Below are positions 62,807 to 64,000 of a stretch of 64,000 bases of DNA, piece after piece. Numbering within the stretch: the stretch's first letter is position 1; each line of letters opens with the position of its first letter. The notes under the pieces were generated by a model. It saw only the letters and a program-made list of their open reading frames with translations, searched no databases and was not told the DNA's origin. The stretch is from a virus. The stretch lies in the UHGV virus genome UHGV-0293664; one strand, written 5' to 3'. A program made the translations under genes and the position numbers.

Positions 62807-63064
62807 TCACAGCTCTAAAATATCTGCATCTGATCCTACCCCAAAGGCATAATACGATTCCTCTCCGAAATAATATTCTGGGGCACCAGCCGCAATCAGG
62901 TCTGATCCTAAGATGAACACCACATTGTGGCCTACATATCCGCGAAAATTTTGCCGCACAGGATCATCCCACGGCAACCCTTCAAAGTATACAGCAGGTA
63001 CGACCTTTCCTTTCAGGAAGGATTGTCCCAAGTAGACGTTAGAGTCAAGAATTTTAACCTTCAT
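62807..63064 (-). CDS. small protein, family A
   Basis: 85 aa; MKVKILDSNVYLGQ...GSDLIAAGAPE. Confidence 0.75.
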   Translation of the reverse strand: MKVKILDSNVYLGQSFLKGKVVPAVYFEGLPWDDPVRQNFRGYVGHNVVFILGSDLIAAGAPEYYFGEESYYAFGVGSDADILEL

Positions 63065-63281
63065 GATCGTCCTCCACTATCTCCACATCCTCCCCTAGGG
63101 CAAAGTTGTAGGTCCACTGACTGTCAAAGCATTCCTGGGATGCACCAGCGGCAATAAGATCTGCACCTTTTATTTTTAAAAGGTCAGGATAATCTTCGTT
63201 AGGGATAGCGGTAAACACTTTCCCCACTAAGGGCTCCTGACCAATATAGAAGCTTGAATCTAAAACTTTAACTTTCATCAA
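63054..63281 (-). CDS. small protein, family A
   Basis: 75 aa; MMKVKVLDSSFYIGQ...GADLIAAGASQE. Confidence 0.7.
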   Translation of the reverse strand: MMKVKVLDSSFYIGQEPLVGKVFTAIPNEDYPDLLKIKGADLIAAGASQECFDSQWTYNFALGEDVEIVEDDHEG

Positions 63282-63562
63282 CGGTCTCCCTCAGGCGGTT
63301 GTGGAACGTAAACACTGTTACGAATCTCGTCAGCAGTGTAGTAACAAGTTTTCCCCTCTCTGTCCCTGGCAGCAATGTATTCAGCTATACCAATAAGTGC
63401 CATAGCCTTGGTGGCGTATCTCTTAAGCTCGTTAGCTCCCCAGCAAAATCTCTGCCAAAACGGTATGAAACCGAATAGGTACACCTTCTGTTTCACTATC
63501 CAATAAGTTCCTTTACAGATCACTTTAAACTCTGCAGCACTATTGCTAACACCATTGCTCAT
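63278..63562 (-). CDS. hypothetical protein
   Basis: 94 aa; start overlaps upstream stop. Confidence 0.7.
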   Translation of the reverse strand: MSNGVSNSAAEFKVICKGTYWIVKQKVYLFGFIPFWQRFCWGANELKRYATKAMALIGIAEYIAARDREGKTCYYTADEIRNSVYVPQPPEGDR

Positions 63563-63574
63563 TATCTTCTCCTT

Positions 63575-63859
63575 TTATTTTTCTGGGTTTGGCAGATATT
63601 GCACATTGGCAGGAGGAACACCGGATAGCTCCCAAACAACCATAGTGCTGTACCCTGGCACACTTCTAACATTTAAAAGAGTAGGAGCACCAACACATTT
63701 AAACTTCCTTTTCCCAAATCCGTTCTCCATCATAACCCAGTATCCGGTATCCTGATCACCGGGAATTTGTGTTCCATCATCGTCCACCCAGCGGACGGTC
63801 CATTTCGATACAGCAACGGCTCGGTATTTAAACTTTTTAAACCACTCGAACAGTTTCAT
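63575..63859 (-). CDS. hypothetical protein
   Basis: 94-aa ORF, first complete gene of the visible minus-strand block. Confidence 0.7.
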   Translation of the reverse strand: MKLFEWFKKFKYRAVAVSKWTVRWVDDDGTQIPGDQDTGYWVMMENGFGKRKFKCVGAPTLLNVRSVPGYSTMVVWELSGVPPANVQYLPNPEK

Positions 63860-64000
63860 AATTCAGCCTCGCATAGCCATAATAACTATAAACAGACAAA
63901 TAATGAATCCGAATGCCACGCCACCCATAAACGTTAATATTGATGCGACCATAATCAATCAGCCTCGTTTGGCAGCTCTTCCATTTTGACATACCGGAAA

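Noticed and set aside
1-64000. tRNA or rRNA genes
   Set aside because: No T-loop-like GTTCGAATC/GTTCAAATC motifs in intergenic regions and no cloverleaf-sized hairpin sets; a proper tRNA/covariance scan was not possible here
1-64000. Integrase, transposase or other mobile-element hallmark
   Set aside because: No recombinase-like ORF recognised; only the HNH homing endonuclease suggests mobility

Overview
This window reads as a 64-kb stretch of a virulent tailed dsDNA phage genome (Caudoviricetes) with enterobacterial-style sigma70 promoters, AGGAG-type ribosome binding sites and hairpin/T-run terminators. All calls are by eye from the sequence and ORF track; no search or folding was run. Layout: (1) 1-10.4 kb, + strand: tail fiber module, with two fiber genes sharing a C-terminal domain, a 581-aa fiber and a giant 1875-aa fiber/adhesin with an Ig-like domain. 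(2) 10.4-17.7 kb, - strand: small-gene block with a HAD-like phosphatase, three tandem 87-aa paralogs and a vWA/metallopeptidase-like protein. (3) 17.8-42.9 kb, + strand: replication module with MoxR-like AAA+ ATPase, SleB-like hydrolase, GHKL-type ATPase, Dda-like helicase, C5-methyltransferase-like protein, primase-helicase, HNH endonuclease, family A DNA polymerase, SSB-like protein and TARG1-like macro domain protein. (4) 42.9-43.8 kb: repeat-rich intergenic region. (5) 43.8-53.6 kb, + strand: about 25 small early-type genes, most with their own near-consensus promoter. (6) 53.7-56.2 kb: unusually long non-coding, repeat- and palindrome-rich region at a point of convergent transcription. 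(7) 56.2-64 kb, - strand: small acidic proteins in paralog families, including a ribosome hibernation factor (HPF/RaiA) homolog. I found no tRNA, rRNA, CRISPR array, integrase or transposase. The most interesting candidates are the phage HPF homolog inside a duplicated cassette, the split MoxR/vWA pair, the macro domain and minimal C5-MTase-like proteins, and the repeat architecture around the early block and in the 2.5-kb non-coding region.
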